From the NCBI GenBank assembly GCA_963662465.1, contig OY759599.1, positions 3,360,001 through 3,424,000 on the forward strand: a DNA stretch of 64,000 nt, given 5' to 3'. Under the pieces are notes generated by a model. The model ran no database searches, was not told where the DNA came from, and saw only the letters and a program-made list of their open reading frames with translations. Position 1 is the first letter of the stretch. Every line of letters starts with the position of its first letter. Source of the DNA: Desulfatiglandales bacterium (GTDB lineage Bacteria > Desulfobacterota > DSM-4660 > Desulfatiglandales > Desulfatiglandaceae). The translations under genes and the position numbers were made by a program. This document shows, one piece after another, positions 1 to 10,364 of the stretch.

Positions 1-957
1 AGATCCCGACTTCAGGCGCCCGTCAGCCTGGTAAAGCAACACCAAGGCCTTTTCCAGGTCCTCTTCTCGCCAGCTTCGCGCCTGGTCAAGGATCTTATTG
101 ACCAGAAAGCCGGGTACTCCCAATTTTTTTGCCAGCTCTCCCCGAGGGATACGCTCGGATGTAAAAACTTTGGCCTGAAAAATAATACGGATTTGCCGGG
201 TCAGCATGCCGATAATCCCAAAGGCCGCATCCCGCCCTTCTTCTTCCAGATACCGGTTCAGGATGGACAATGATTGGGCTTTTCGGCGGTGGGAAATCTC
301 ATCCATCAGCTCAAAAATAGTGAACATCCTACTAAATATACTGAGTTCTTTTATTTCCGCAGTCCCGATTTCCTTGCTGCCATGGCGAAGATAAAGCTTT
401 TCAAGTTCCATGTGAAGCGTCCGGGAACCATTGCCGGCGATTTCCTGGAGGTGACGACAGGCTTCCATGTTGATATTTAATCCCAGTTCCCGGGCCGTTG
501 CTTTTATCCAGGGCAGCACTTGTCGGTCATTCAATTCCTTGAAATTGACGGTGTAGCCGAGTTTTTTGCTAAAATTGAAAAATTTCAGTCTAAAATCGGG
601 TTTTAACGCCACAAAAATCAGGCAGGTAGAATCCACCGGCTTTTCCAGATATGGAAGGAATGCCTCCAGGTTCACGGATGCGATACGATCCGTACGCCTG
701 ACGATGACAAGACGGTTTGACGATAAAAACGGCATAGAGCGGGCCGCATCAAGGATGTCGCCCGGGTTTATGCTGCCATCCCCGTCAAAAATGTGAAGAT
801 TGAAGTCTCTGGCTGATTCAGGAAGAAATGTTTCTCGGATTTGGTTTAAGACTTTTTCCAGGAGAAAATCATCAGGGCCGTAAAAAAGATATACCGACCC
901 CAGACCACCCCTTTTGAGATGGTTTAAAACAATTTCCGGCGTTAACTCAGCAGGCAT
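1..957 (-). CDS. holA: DNA polymerase III delta subunit (3' end runs off the window)
   Basis: Manual translation from ATG at 957 (overlaps the lptE TGA): MPAELTPEIVLNHLKKGGLGSVYLFYGPDDFLLEK. Fits the conserved leuS-lptE-holA order. Confidence 0.85.
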   Translation of the reverse strand, partial: MPAELTPEIVLNHLKRGGLGSVYLFYGPDDFLLEKVLNQIRETFLPESARDFNLHIFDGDGSINPGDILDAARSMPFLSSNRLVIVRRTDRIASVNLEAFLPYLEKPVDSTCLIFVALKPDFRLKFFNFSKKLGYTVNFKELNDRQVLPWIKATARELGLNINMEACRHLQEIAGNGSRTLHMELEKLYLRHGSKEIGTAEIKELSIFSRMFTIFELMDEISHRRKAQSLSILNRYLEEEGRDAAFGIIGMLTRQIRIIFQAKVFTSERIPRGELAKKLGVPGFLVNKILDQARSWREEDLEKALVLLYQADGRLKSGS

Positions 958-1514
958 CAGAATCTTTCCATGGTCTTCAGATAGATCCTTTCAGCCAACA
1001 ACTGTGCGATTCTTTTAGTGGCTTGCCGCTGGTTATAGCGGGTTTTAAGGGGATCTGAATCCACGGAAAAGGAAGCTTTCTCTTCCATATCCGGGTCATT
1101 CCATATGATTTTTCCGGTTTTTCGATCCACCAGTTTTGCTTCAAGCTTGATCTTCAGCCAGCGTGAACTCGTGACGTCAAAGGTGCTATCCGTAACCCTG
1201 TAGCTCAGAGGTTCGGTTTTGATATTCGTAACCTTTCCAATCAAAACCGCAGCAGCCGATTCCTTTGAAACCAGCGGCACCTGGGAATGACTGACGAATT
1301 CCCGACAGACCATCTTGGTAAAATCCCCTTCAAAACCAAGCGAAGAGGAAGGACTCTCCATGAGCGGTATGGCCATGCTGGGGATGGTTATTCTCGTGGG
1401 CTTTCCGGTTGCCTGCAGATGATAACCGCAACCGGAGACCAGGCTCAGGCAAACCAGCGCAACAGGCAAAATCCTTCTGATTGAAATTCGATAATTGACC
1501 AAGATATCCATCAC
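957..1514 (-). CDS. lptE: LptE-family LPS assembly lipoprotein
   Basis: Lipobox-like LVSGCGYHL after a hydrophobic signal; lies between leuS and holA. Confidence 0.85.
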   Translation of the reverse strand: MMDILVNYRISIRRILPVALVCLSLVSGCGYHLQATGKPTRITIPSMAIPLMESPSSSLGFEGDFTKMVCREFVSHSQVPLVSKESAAAVLIGKVTNIKTEPLSYRVTDSTFDVTSSRWLKIKLEAKLVDRKTGKIIWNDPDMEEKASFSVDSDPLKTRYNQRQATKRIAQLLAERIYLKTMERF

Positions 1515-1545
1515 TTAAAACCTAAAACGTAAAACTTAAAACCGC
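1513..1545. repeat. Heptamer tract (TAAAAC-N) x4; inverted partner of 4641-4673
   Basis: acttaaaacctaaaacgtaaaacttaaaaccgc fills the leuS-lptE gap. Confidence 0.85.
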
Positions 1546-4500
1546 TAAACAACCACATTCACCAGTTTTTTCTGAACCACGATAACGCGCTTGATAGATT
1601 TCCCCTTTAAAAAACGCTGGATTTTTTCATCCGCCAGGGCAAGGGCCTCAAGTTCCTTGTCGCTGCTGGAAGCTGATACCTCAATTCTATTTCTCACTTT
1701 ACCATTTACCTGTAAAATGATCAGCTTTTTTTCGGTTATTAGCGCCGCTTCATGATAGGTTGGCCAGGAAACGTTCAGCAAAAAATCTTTATGGCCCAGC
1801 ATTTGCCAAAGTTCATCCGTGATATGGGGAACCAGGGGTGAAAGCAAAAGGATGGCGGTTTCAATGGCCTTACGGACCACGGACCAGTCGACGGCATCTT
1901 TTTGACCATCAGCATTCAGGAATTGATTGGTTTCATTAACCAATTCCATGACCGCTGAAATCGCCGTATTGAAATGAAACCGGTTTTCAATGTCGCTGGT
2001 GACCTTCTTGATGGTTTCGTGGGTCTTTCGATGGACGGACTTCACGGGCTCCGTGAGCTCGGGGCCGCCATCATGGGCCGTCACTTTTTTCAGATCTTCC
2101 AGGTGATCGGAGACCAGTCGCCATACCCTTTGAAGAAACCTGTAGGAACCATCAACCCCTTGTTCACTCCATTCCAGATCCTTATCCGGCGGCGATGCAA
2201 ACAGGCAGAACATCCGAACCGTATCGGCGCCGTAACGGTCGATCAATTCCTGGGGATCCACCACATTCTTTTTGGATTTGGACATTTTCACGATATTCCC
2301 GTCGATGACTTCCGCACCGCACCGGGAACACCGGCCTTCAACCACTTCTTTTGGAAAAAGGTAACCGTGTTCAGGACATTCCTGAGTGGCTTTACAGACC
2401 ATGCCCTGGGTTAAAAGATGGGTGAACGGTTCTTTTATGCTGATGTGCCCCAGATCATTGAGAACCCGTGTGTAAAAACGGGAGTAAAGCAGATGCAAAA
2501 TAGCGTGCTCAATACCGCCGATATACTGGTCCACGGGGAGCCAGTAATCAACCCGTTTTGCATCCAGGGGACCTTCCTTATAATCGGGACATGCGTAGCG
2601 ATCAAAATACCATGAGGACTCCACAAAGGTGTCCATGGTATCCGTTTCACGCCTGGCATTGCCGTTACATTTTGGGCAGGTCGTTTCAAAGAAAGACGGC
2701 TCGAAAGGCAGGGGGGAACCGCCATTGGGCCTCAATTCCAGATCCAGGGGAAGTACGACGGGCAGGTCTTTTTCGGGTACCGGAACGATGCCGCATTTTT
2801 CGCAATGGATCATGGGGATCGGAGCGCCCCAGTATCGTTGCCGTGAAATGCCCCAGTCCCTGATGCGAAAATTCACGGTTTTATGGCCGATGCCTTTGTT
2901 TTCAAGATAATCCGCAATGCTGTCCAGGGCCGCAAGGTTGCGTTGTCCGTTGAAAGGACCGGAATTCACCAGAATCCCCTGATCCACATAGGCTTCCGTC
3001 ATCTTCGTTTCGTCAAGATCGGAATCCTCGGGCTTAATGACCACCCGAAGCTTTAAACCGTATTTCCGGGCAAACTCGAAATCCCGCTGATCATGGGTGG
3101 GGACCGCCATGATGGCGCCGGTGCCATAATCGAAGAGAACGAAATTGGCCACGAAGATGGGGATTTCTTCCCGGGTCACCGGATTCAGGCAATGCCTCCC
3201 GGTAAAGACGCCTTCTTTGGCCGTAAAATCCGCGGTTCGCATGAAACTGTCCATCTTTAACGTGCGATCCACAAAATCAAACACCTCTTTTTCCTGGGGC
3301 AATCCCTTGATAATTTCCTTCACCATGGGGTGTTCGGGCGCCAGACACATGAAGGTAGCGCCGAACAGGGTATCCTGGCGGGTGGTGAAAACTTCAATGG
3401 CATCCTCCGCACCCACCATGGGAAACCGGATGGCCGCGCCATGGCTTTTGCCGATCCAGTTTTTCTGCATGCTCATGACCCGATCCGGCCAGCCCGGCAG
3501 TTTTTCACAGTATGCCAGCATATCATCGGCATAATCGGTAATCTTGAGGAACCAGCTGTTCATCTCTTTGATGCTGACTTCCTGCTCAGGGTGCCGCCAG
3601 CAGCAACCCTCTTCAACCTGCTCGTTGGCCAGAACCGTCTGGCATTTTTCACACCAGTTCACGTGGGTTTTCTTACGATAAGCAAGGCCTTTCTCATACA
3701 TTTGGAGAAAAACCAATTGCTCCCATCGATAATACTCCGGATCGCAGGTGGCCAATTCACGATCCCAGTCATAGCTGAATCCCATCCGTTTCAATTGGAT
3801 TCTCATGGCGTCGATATTGTCGTAGGTCCATCGCGCCGGATGGGTGTTGTTTTCGATGGCGGCATTTTCCGCCGGCATGCCGAATGCGTCCCACCCCATG
3901 GGATGAAGCACGTTTTTTCCGCACATCCTCTTGTATCTGGCAACCACATCGCCGATGGTGTAATTTCTCACATGGCCGATATGTATTTTCCCCGACGGGT
4001 AGGGAAACATCTCCAGAAGATAATATTTTTCTTTTAACGGGTCTTCTTCCGCCTTGAAAAGGCCTTGTTTTTCCCAATGGGCTTGCCATCTGGGTTCCAG
4101 TTCCAGAGGATTATATTTCATGTCGCCGTTCCCTGTATTATCTGATTCTTTCGGTTCGATAGAAATCGTTTCGGCGCCTAAATCGATTTCCGCATCTATT
4201 TCAGCGCCCATGGTGTTGTAAACGTTGTCCAGTACGCCGTTGATATACCTGCTGGAATCCTCGCCTCCGAATTTATTCCCGATTTCAACGGCTTCGTCAA
4301 GGGAAACCCTGGGTGGAATATCCTCCAAAAACATGACCTCATAGGTTGCCAGCCGGAGGATGCTTCGATCCAGCCGGGTCATTCTTTCCAGTCGCCAATG
4401 CTTGGACGAACGCCTGATGACCTTATCCAGGGTTGTTTTCTTGTCGCAAACACCCCGAATCAGCTGCCACGAAAAATCCGTTATCGATTCCGCCACTTCG

Positions 4501-4619
4501 AAATTTTCACAAATGAGGCGGAAGGCTTCTGACGGATCATCATCGCTGTATTCCAGATGAAAAAGAACCTGAACCGCCAGTTCACGGGCTCTTCTTCTTT
4601 CCCCTGCAAAATGTTTCAT
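1545..4619 (-). CDS. leuS: Leucine--tRNA ligase, fused in frame to an N-terminal NusB domain (LeuRS proper from ATG at 4121)
   Basis: MFPYPSG, HIGH, GWDAFG and KMSKS motifs, C-terminal KLVNVVV; no stop codon between the NusB and LeuRS parts. Confidence 0.95.
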   Translation of the reverse strand: MKHFAGERRRARELAVQVLFHLEYSDDDPSEAFRLICENFEVAESITDFSWQLIRGVCDKKTTLDKVIRRSSKHWRLERMTRLDRSILRLATYEVMFLEDIPPRVSLDEAVEIGNKFGGEDSSRYINGVLDNVYNTMGAEIDAEIDLGAETISIEPKESDNTGNGDMKYNPLELEPRWQAHWEKQGLFKAEEDPLKEKYYLLEMFPYPSGKIHIGHVRNYTIGDVVARYKRMCGKNVLHPMGWDAFGMPAENAAIENNTHPARWTYDNIDAMRIQLKRMGFSYDWDRELATCDPEYYRWEQLVFLQMYEKGLAYRKKTHVNWCEKCQTVLANEQVEEGCCWRHPEQEVSIKEMNSWFLKITDYADDMLAYCEKLPGWPDRVMSMQKNWIGKSHGAAIRFPMVGAEDAIEVFTTRQDTLFGATFMCLAPEHPMVKEIIKGLPQEKEVFDFVDRTLKMDSFMRTADFTAKEGVFTGRHCLNPVTREEIPIFVANFVLFDYGTGAIMAVPTHDQRDFEFARKYGLKLRVVIKPEDSDLDETKMTEAYVDQGILVNSGPFNGQRNLAALDSIADYLENKGIGHKTVNFRIRDWGISRQRYWGAPIPMIHCEKCGIVPVPEKDLPVVLPLDLELRPNGGSPLPFEPSFFETTCPKCNGNARRETDTMDTFVESSWYFDRYACPDYKEGPLDAKRVDYWLPVDQYIGGIEHAILHLLYSRFYTRVLNDLGHISIKEPFTHLLTQGMVCKATQECPEHGYLFPKEVVEGRCSRCGAEVIDGNIVKMSKSKKNVVDPQELIDRYGADTVRMFCLFASPPDKDLEWSEQGVDGSYRFLQRVWRLVSDHLEDLKKVTAHDGGPELTEPVKSVHRKTHETIKKVTSDIENRFHFNTAISAVMELVNETNQFLNADGQKDAVDWSVVRKAIETAILLLSPLVPHITDELWQMLGHKDFLLNVSWPTYHEAALITEKKLIILQVNGKVRNRIEVSASSSDKELEALALADEKIQRFLKGKSIKRVIVVQKKLVNVVV
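4122..4619 (-). CDS. nusB: Transcription antitermination factor NusB (N-terminal 166 codons of the fused ORF)
   Basis: [34 protein letters not shown]; follows ribH as in the usual ribH-nusB order. Confidence 0.9.
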
Positions 4620-4640
4620 TTAATCCTAAGGCGGAAAACC

Positions 4641-4673
4641 GCAGTTTTAAGTTTTAGGTTTTAAGTTTTAAGT
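4641..4673. repeat. Heptamer tract (GTTTTAR) x4; inverted partner of 1513-1545
   Basis: gcagttttaagttttaggttttaagttttaagt between ribH and nusB. Confidence 0.85.
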
Positions 4674-4685
4674 CATTAACATTTA

Positions 4686-5153
4686 TCATGGCAGATCTTT
4701 GAGAAGGCTGACCATTTCAATGGCGGCCATTGCGGATTCAAATCCTTTGTTTCCTGCTTTTGAGCCGGCGCGTTCGATAGCCTGCTCGATATTGTCCGTG
4801 GTCAAAACGCCAAAGGAGATGGGAATGCCCGTCTCCAGAGAAACGGTCGCAATGCCTTTGCTCACTTCATTGGCCACATAATCGAAATGGGATGTGGCGC
4901 CCCTGATGACGGCGCCCACACAGATGATGGCATCATATTGGGCACTCTGGGCCAGTTTTTTGGCCACGACCGGCATTTCAAAGGCGCCTGGGACCCAAAA
5001 TGCCGTGATGTCGCTTTTGTCACAATCGTGCCGGACCAGCGCGTCGATGGCGCCCGCCATTAATTTGCTCGAAATGAATTCGTTAAAGCGACTCGCAATA
5101 ATGGCAAACCGCATTTCCTTTGCAATAAGCCGACCTTCTATAATTTTGACCAT
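4686..5153 (-). CDS. ribH: 6,7-dimethyl-8-ribityllumazine synthase
   Basis: [33 protein letters not shown]; start placed at MVKIIEG behind AAGGAGG. Confidence 0.95.
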   Translation of the reverse strand: MVKIIEGRLIAKEMRFAIIASRFNEFISSKLMAGAIDALVRHDCDKSDITAFWVPGAFEMPVVAKKLAQSAQYDAIICVGAVIRGATSHFDYVANEVSKGIATVSLETGIPISFGVLTTDNIEQAIERAGSKAGNKGFESAMAAIEMVSLLKDLP

Positions 5154-5177
5154 ACGGTCCTCCTTTGTCGGGCTGCC

Positions 5178-5234
5178 GAGCAAACACACAGGTTTACCCC
5201 TACATATTGGGTAGGCACAGGAGCCTACCCCTAC
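5178..5234 (-). repeat. Two tandem GTAG-type REP hairpins
   Basis: GTAGGGGTAGGCTCCTGTGCCTACCC-AATAT-GTAGGGGTAAACCTGTGTGTTTGCTC; the first GTAG supplies the ribBA TAG stop. Confidence 0.75.
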
Positions 5235-6442
5235 GCGATCCCCACTTGATGTAAGAGATGTCCCAACTTTTGACATTTGGTTGTCAGGTATCGGATGTTT
5301 TCCGGTTTAGGGGTACACTCGATGGGCACTCTGCCGGTCACTTTTAATCCGTAACCCTCGAGACCCACTATTTTTTTTGGATTATTGGTAATCAGTTTCA
5401 TTTTCCGAACGCCCAGGGATACCAGGATCTGTGCGCCAACGCCATAGTCCCTCAAATCCGCGGCAAAGCCCAGTTCCTCATTGGCTTCAACCGTGTCAAA
5501 TCCCTGATCCTGAAGAGCATAGGCTTTCAATTTGTTGGCAAGGCCAATCCCCCTACCCTCCTGCTGGAGGTACAGGATAACGCCTCGCCCCTCCTCCTGG
5601 ACCATACTCATGGCCCTCTTCAACTGTTCTCCGCAATCGCAACGATAGGAATCGAAGACATCTCCAGTCAGACATCCCGAATGAACCCGAACCAGAATAT
5701 CCTTATTCGGATCAATTTCTCCTTTTACCAGGGCAAGGTGTTCATAATCGTCAATGTCATTGACAAAAGCCATGGCTCGGAATTCTCCGAAAGGCGTTTG
5801 CAGGGGCGTCTCAGCGCCTCGCTGAACAAAGGACTCGGTTCTCATCCGGTAGCTGATAACATCGGCGACCGAAGCGATTTTGAGGTCGTGTTCCCGGGCG
5901 AATGTTTGAAGATCGGGAAGCCTTGCCATGGAACCGTCATCGTTCATGATGCCGCAAATGGCGGCGGCCGGTTTTAAACCCGCCAGGCGTGCCAAATCCA
6001 CGGATCCTTCCGTCTGACCCGTTCTGAACAGGACACCGCCCCTTCTGGCCCGGAGTGGAAAAACAAATCCCGGCTGGACCAGGTCTTCCGGTTTGGCATC
6101 ATCGGCAACAGCGGCCAGAATGGCATCTGCTTTGCCGGCGGCGCTCATGCCCGAAGACACCCCGCGCGCAGCGTCAATGGAAACCGTAAAGGCGGTCTTG
6201 TAGGGGGAGCGGTTGTCCTGAACCATCTGTTTGAGATTCAGTTGTTCGACAATGGTGGGATCGAGCGCCAGACAGATCAGGCCCCGACCATAACGGGACA
6301 TAAAATTAATGGCTTCGGGGGTAACCATTTCAGCCGCCATGGTCAGGTCCCCTTCATTTTCCCGATCCTCGTCGTCCACAAGGATAACCATCTTCCCCTG
6401 CTTCAAATCTTCAATAACTTCTTCAATTTTGCTCATGTTCAT
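5231..6442 (-). CDS. ribBA: Bifunctional-type DHBP synthase / GTP cyclohydrolase II (RibB domain apparently degenerate)
   Basis: DEDRENEGD in the RibB domain; [28 protein letters not shown] in the RibA domain. Confidence 0.93.
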   Translation of the reverse strand: MNMSKIEEVIEDLKQGKMVILVDDEDRENEGDLTMAAEMVTPEAINFMSRYGRGLICLALDPTIVEQLNLKQMVQDNRSPYKTAFTVSIDAARGVSSGMSAAGKADAILAAVADDAKPEDLVQPGFVFPLRARRGGVLFRTGQTEGSVDLARLAGLKPAAAICGIMNDDGSMARLPDLQTFAREHDLKIASVADVISYRMRTESFVQRGAETPLQTPFGEFRAMAFVNDIDDYEHLALVKGEIDPNKDILVRVHSGCLTGDVFDSYRCDCGEQLKRAMSMVQEEGRGVILYLQQEGRGIGLANKLKAYALQDQGFDTVEANEELGFAADLRDYGVGAQILVSLGVRKMKLITNNPKKIVGLEGYGLKVTGRVPIECTPKPENIRYLTTKCQKLGHLLHQVGIA

Positions 6443-6443
6443 T

Positions 6444-7106
6444 TTATTTACCAAATCCGTATTTTAAAAGGGTCTCAAGGTCGATTCCGGAAGACTTTCC
6501 GGATTTCCGATCGGATCGGTTAATGGAAAGCAGTTTCTCCACATATTTTCCGATTAAGTCTGTTTCGATGTTTACCGGTTCACCAACATTTTTTTTCAAA
6601 AGCGTCGTTTGCGTTCCCGTGTGGGGGATGATATTTACCTCAAAAAACGTTTTTTCACAAGCATTAATGGTCAAACTGATGCCATCAACGGCAATGGAGC
6701 CTTTTTCAATGATATAGCGAGAGAGTGCTTCATCCATTTCGATTTTTAAAAGCCAGGAATCATGTCGGGACTCCTTTTTAAGAATCTTTCCGATTCCATC
6801 CACATGCCCCAACACCAGGTGCCCGCCAAGACGATCCGTAAGACGCAGGGCCCGCTCCAGGTTAACATGATCGCCCTGCCCCATTAAACCCAGGGTGGTT
6901 CGCGAAAGGGTTTCCCCGGAAACATCCATATAAAGAGCGCCCCGTTCCATTTTGGACACCGTTAGACACACACCACTGACCGCAACACTGTCGCCCAATT
7001 TGCATTCCGTCATTTTAAATAATGGCGTAATGCAAACCTGCATATGATCCTGCATGCGACGTATGTTCTTTATCCTGCCCAGTCCCTCGGCCAGTCCTGT
7101 AAACAT
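6444..7106 (-). CDS. ribE: Riboflavin synthase
   Basis: MFTGL start, [34 protein letters not shown]. Confidence 0.95.
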   Translation of the reverse strand: MFTGLAEGLGRIKNIRRMQDHMQVCITPLFKMTECKLGDSVAVSGVCLTVSKMERGALYMDVSGETLSRTTLGLMGQGDHVNLERALRLTDRLGGHLVLGHVDGIGKILKKESRHDSWLLKIEMDEALSRYIIEKGSIAVDGISLTINACEKTFFEVNIIPHTGTQTTLLKKNVGEPVNIETDLIGKYVEKLLSINRSDRKSGKSSGIDLETLLKYGFGK

Positions 7107-7195
7107 TCACAATCCTCCTCAACTATATCATAACTTGGGCATGCCGAAATCCAGGCACGGTTAACCTATGCCTCGCAACATAAAGTGTCAAGTTG

Positions 7196-8185
7196 TCAAT
7201 TCAGGTCGAGGGCAATTTTCAAGACGTCCGATCGGGAGGCGCCGTCAAAGGCTTCTCCGGCATGTTCGATGGGATAAAAAGCCGTTATGAGTCTTTTCAG
7301 GGGGATATCCGGGTAGGCGTTCAACAATTTAAGCCCGGTTTCAAAAGCGCCGCATCTGGAACCGACAATCGTTTGCTCATTCACCACCACGGCGGATAAA
7401 TTCATCATTTCCCCTTTAGAAACCGTTGACTTAAGGACAATGATGCCCCGGGGCCGGCAAATAGCCATGGCTTCGGAAAGCCCTGTCATCGAACCGGTAG
7501 CCTCCACCACAATGTCCGCGCCATATAAATCTCGATGAACCCCATGGACCGTTTTAAGGGTCCGCCATTTCGCTTTCTCCATTTTATCGGGATGATGCCC
7601 CGCAAGCGTTATGTCGGAAAGAATCGTATTCAGCACCCAGGCGCAGAGCATGCCCAATGGTCCATCGCCGAGAACCAGAGCGCGTTCAGTCCCCGTCAGT
7701 TGAAGTTGATCCAGTATTTCACAAGCCGCGGAGAGCGGTTCAATCAGCAAGGCTGTTTCATCGGAGATGGAAGGGGGCACGATCCGAAGATTTGAGATGG
7801 GCAGAACGCAATAATCAGCCATGCAGCCGTCCAAACCGCGAATGCCCAGCGCCTTGCCATGGGCGCAATGCCGCTTTAGTCCCCTTTTGCACCACTCACA
7901 TTCACCGCATGAAACATTAATCTCGCCCACAACCCGGCGACCCACCCAGTCGGCACAATCACATTGATCGACAACCCCCACGAATTCATGCCCAAGAATC
8001 CCCTTGAACTGCTGATACCCTTTTAGAATTTCCATGTCCGTACCGCAAATCCCCGCAAGACCCACTCGGATTCGCGCCCAGTTTTCCGGAACTTCAGGAA
8101 TGGGGTAATGTTGTGAAAACCGCAGTCGTCCGTCAAAAACCACGGCCCGCATGAATTCATTGTCTGACACGGATGTTTTTCTCAC
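7196..8185 (-). CDS. Zinc-dependent (MDR) alcohol dehydrogenase-family protein
   Basis: GICGTD, GHEFVG, structural Zn CGECEWC..C, GDGPLG, VGSRCG. Confidence 0.9.
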   Translation of the reverse strand: MRKTSVSDNEFMRAVVFDGRLRFSQHYPIPEVPENWARIRVGLAGICGTDMEILKGYQQFKGILGHEFVGVVDQCDCADWVGRRVVGEINVSCGECEWCKRGLKRHCAHGKALGIRGLDGCMADYCVLPISNLRIVPPSISDETALLIEPLSAACEILDQLQLTGTERALVLGDGPLGMLCAWVLNTILSDITLAGHHPDKMEKAKWRTLKTVHGVHRDLYGADIVVEATGSMTGLSEAMAICRPRGIIVLKSTVSKGEMMNLSAVVVNEQTIVGSRCGAFETGLKLLNAYPDIPLKRLITAFYPIEHAGEAFDGASRSDVLKIALDLN

Positions 8186-9117
8186 TAAAGCACTTCTCCC
8201 CTGACCCTGTCTCTTCCCTCATCCTTGGCCCGATAAAGGGCTTTATCCGCCCGATCAATGATGGCTTCATGGGACATCTTTTCATTATGCGCAGAAGACG
8301 CGAAGCCCGCCACGCCGAAACTGGCAGTAATGCGTATCTGTTCTCCTCCATATGAGGCAACACTTTCAGAAACAATCTTACGGAGTCTTTCCGCGGATAA
8401 CATTGCGCGTTCAAAATCCGTTTCAGGCAAAACCATCAGGAATTCTTCTCCACCATACCGCGCAACCCAGTCAACATCCTTTCGCAGCCCTTTCCGGATG
8501 GATTGAACAAAGGTTTTAAGAACCAGATCTCCCGCCTGATGACCATGGGTATCGTTGACGCGTTTGAAATGATCGATATCCGCCATCACAAGTGATATGG
8601 GTCGACCATAGCGCCTGGCTCGGGCGATTTCCTTTGCAAGGTATTCGTCCATATAGGTACGATTGTAGCAACCGGTAAGTTTATCCGTGATGGACAGGAT
8701 TCTGATTTTTTCATAGGCCTCTTTCAGGGATTTTTCCAGGTTCAGAACGCGCGTTGCCGTCTTCAGCCTGGCGATCAGCTCGGCGCGATCAAAGGGTTTG
8801 GTCAAGTAATCATCGGCGCCGGCTTCAAGACCGACGATAATATCATTCTTGGAATCCCTGGCGGTCACCAGAAAAATGAAGACATAACCTTCAGTGCGCT
8901 GTTCTCTGATCGCCTTGCACAATTGCAGCCCGTCCATTTCCGGCATACCCCAATCCGTCAGAACAATCGGAAAAAAATTCTTCTTGAAAATCTTCAGGGC
9001 TTCCCGACCGTTTTTTGCGGAGACCACATCATAACCGGCTCGGCGCAAGGTCATCTCCATCAATTTCCGGGAAACGGGATTGTCTTCAGCAACGAGAATT
9101 GGAAAAGGGTTTTTCAA
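8185..9117 (-). CDS. Response-regulator diguanylate cyclase (REC-GGDEF)
   Basis: Receiver domain (AEDN, DWGMP, KPF), plus DIDHFK and RKDVD...RYGGEEF. Confidence 0.92.
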   Translation of the reverse strand: MKNPFPILVAEDNPVSRKLMEMTLRRAGYDVVSAKNGREALKIFKKNFFPIVLTDWGMPEMDGLQLCKAIREQRTEGYVFIFLVTARDSKNDIIVGLEAGADDYLTKPFDRAELIARLKTATRVLNLEKSLKEAYEKIRILSITDKLTGCYNRTYMDEYLAKEIARARRYGRPISLVMADIDHFKRVNDTHGHQAGDLVLKTFVQSIRKGLRKDVDWVARYGGEEFLMVLPETDFERAMLSAERLRKIVSESVASYGGEQIRITASFGVAGFASSAHNEKMSHEAIIDRADKALYRAKDEGRDRVRGEVL

Positions 9118-9455
9118 AGGTTATCTCCTTGGATGCCCTTTGGGAAATTCATTTGAAAATTTACCATGATTCTTTTGTGATTTACCATGAAAATACAGCC
9201 ATTAGCAGTTAGCTGTTAGCCGTTAGCTTAAAAGCGGTAGATGTTATTTTCATGTTGGGGGGTGAATCTCGCATAATGGGGGTTTACCATAAGTGTAATT
9301 TTTTGTTAAGGAGATATTTGCTGCGGAAAACAAAACAGAAAAATGAAAAAGCAGAAAACACCCGTACCGCGGGAAGTCAACGTCTTGACTCCACCAATGC
9401 CTGGCACTATATTCCTAACGGTTAACGGTTACAAAATTTAAAATTGGAGCCTCAT

Positions 9456-10361
9456 ATGCACGAAACATTTATACCCATAAAACAGGATATCCCCGGATTT
9501 AACCCTTTTTTCGGCGCCTGGGTCTGCCGGGGAGATCTAAATATGGTGGTGGACGTGGGACCCGCGAGTACAGCTGATCGCCTGGTTGATTCACTGAAAT
9601 CAACGGGTATCAAACGTTTGGATTATGTCTTGCTGACCCACATTCACATTGACCATGGGGGAGCACTGGCCGGGGTCCTGGCCCATTACCCTGAGGCCAA
9701 AGTCATTTGCCATAAAAAAGGAATTCCGCATCTGGTAAATCCATCGAAGTTATATGAAGGCAGCCTGAAAGTACTGGGAAATCTGGCGCGGACTTATGGT
9801 TCACCGGGCCCCATTGCTGAAGACAGGCTGGTGCCCCATACGGAATGTGAAGTTGATGGACTGGAAGTGATCGAAACCCCCGGACATGCCCTTCACCACC
9901 TGAGTTTCACCTATCAAAAAAAACTTTACGCCGGCGAAGCCGGGGGGAATTATTTTCTTGTGGGGAAACAGGAATATCTGCGGCCGGCAACCCCTCCCAG
10001 GTTTTTTCTTGACGTGTTCATGGCAAGCGTCGATCGTCTTCTGGCCCTTCCGGATCAACCCATCCGCTATGCCCATGTGGGGGGCGCTGAAAGCGCTCAT
10101 CGGTTGCTGGGACGATTCAGAAATCAATTGACGCTCTGGGCGGCCATCATCGGTGAATTGGTAACTGCGGGGGGACAAAAAGCAGACACCATCCAGGATT
10201 GCGTAGACCGATTATTAAAAAATGATCCCAACCTTGCGGCATTTGAAATCATGGACACAAATACCCAAAAAAGAGAAAAAACGTTCATGGCAAATGCCGT
10301 CAAAGGGTTTGTGGAATTTTTTGAAGAAAATCAAAAAGGCGTTGAAAAACGTAACAACTGA
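9456..10361 (+). CDS. MBL-fold metallo-hydrolase
   Basis: THIHIDHGG, TPGHALHH, AGEA, YAH motifs. Confidence 0.9.
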   Translation: MHETFIPIKQDIPGFNPFFGAWVCRGDLNMVVDVGPASTADRLVDSLKSTGIKRLDYVLLTHIHIDHGGALAGVLAHYPEAKVICHKKGIPHLVNPSKLYEGSLKVLGNLARTYGSPGPIAEDRLVPHTECEVDGLEVIETPGHALHHLSFTYQKKLYAGEAGGNYFLVGKQEYLRPATPPRFFLDVFMASVDRLLALPDQPIRYAHVGGAESAHRLLGRFRNQLTLWAAIIGELVTAGGQKADTIQDCVDRLLKNDPNLAAFEIMDTNTQKREKTFMANAVKGFVEFFEENQKGVEKRNN

Positions 10362-10364
10362 ATC

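Noticed and set aside
4686..5276. Long N-terminal extensions in the ORF track for ribH, and similarly for the YchF paralog, panP and the outer-membrane factor
   Set aside because: The extensions overlap upstream genes or REP DNA; downstream ATGs match the family starts.
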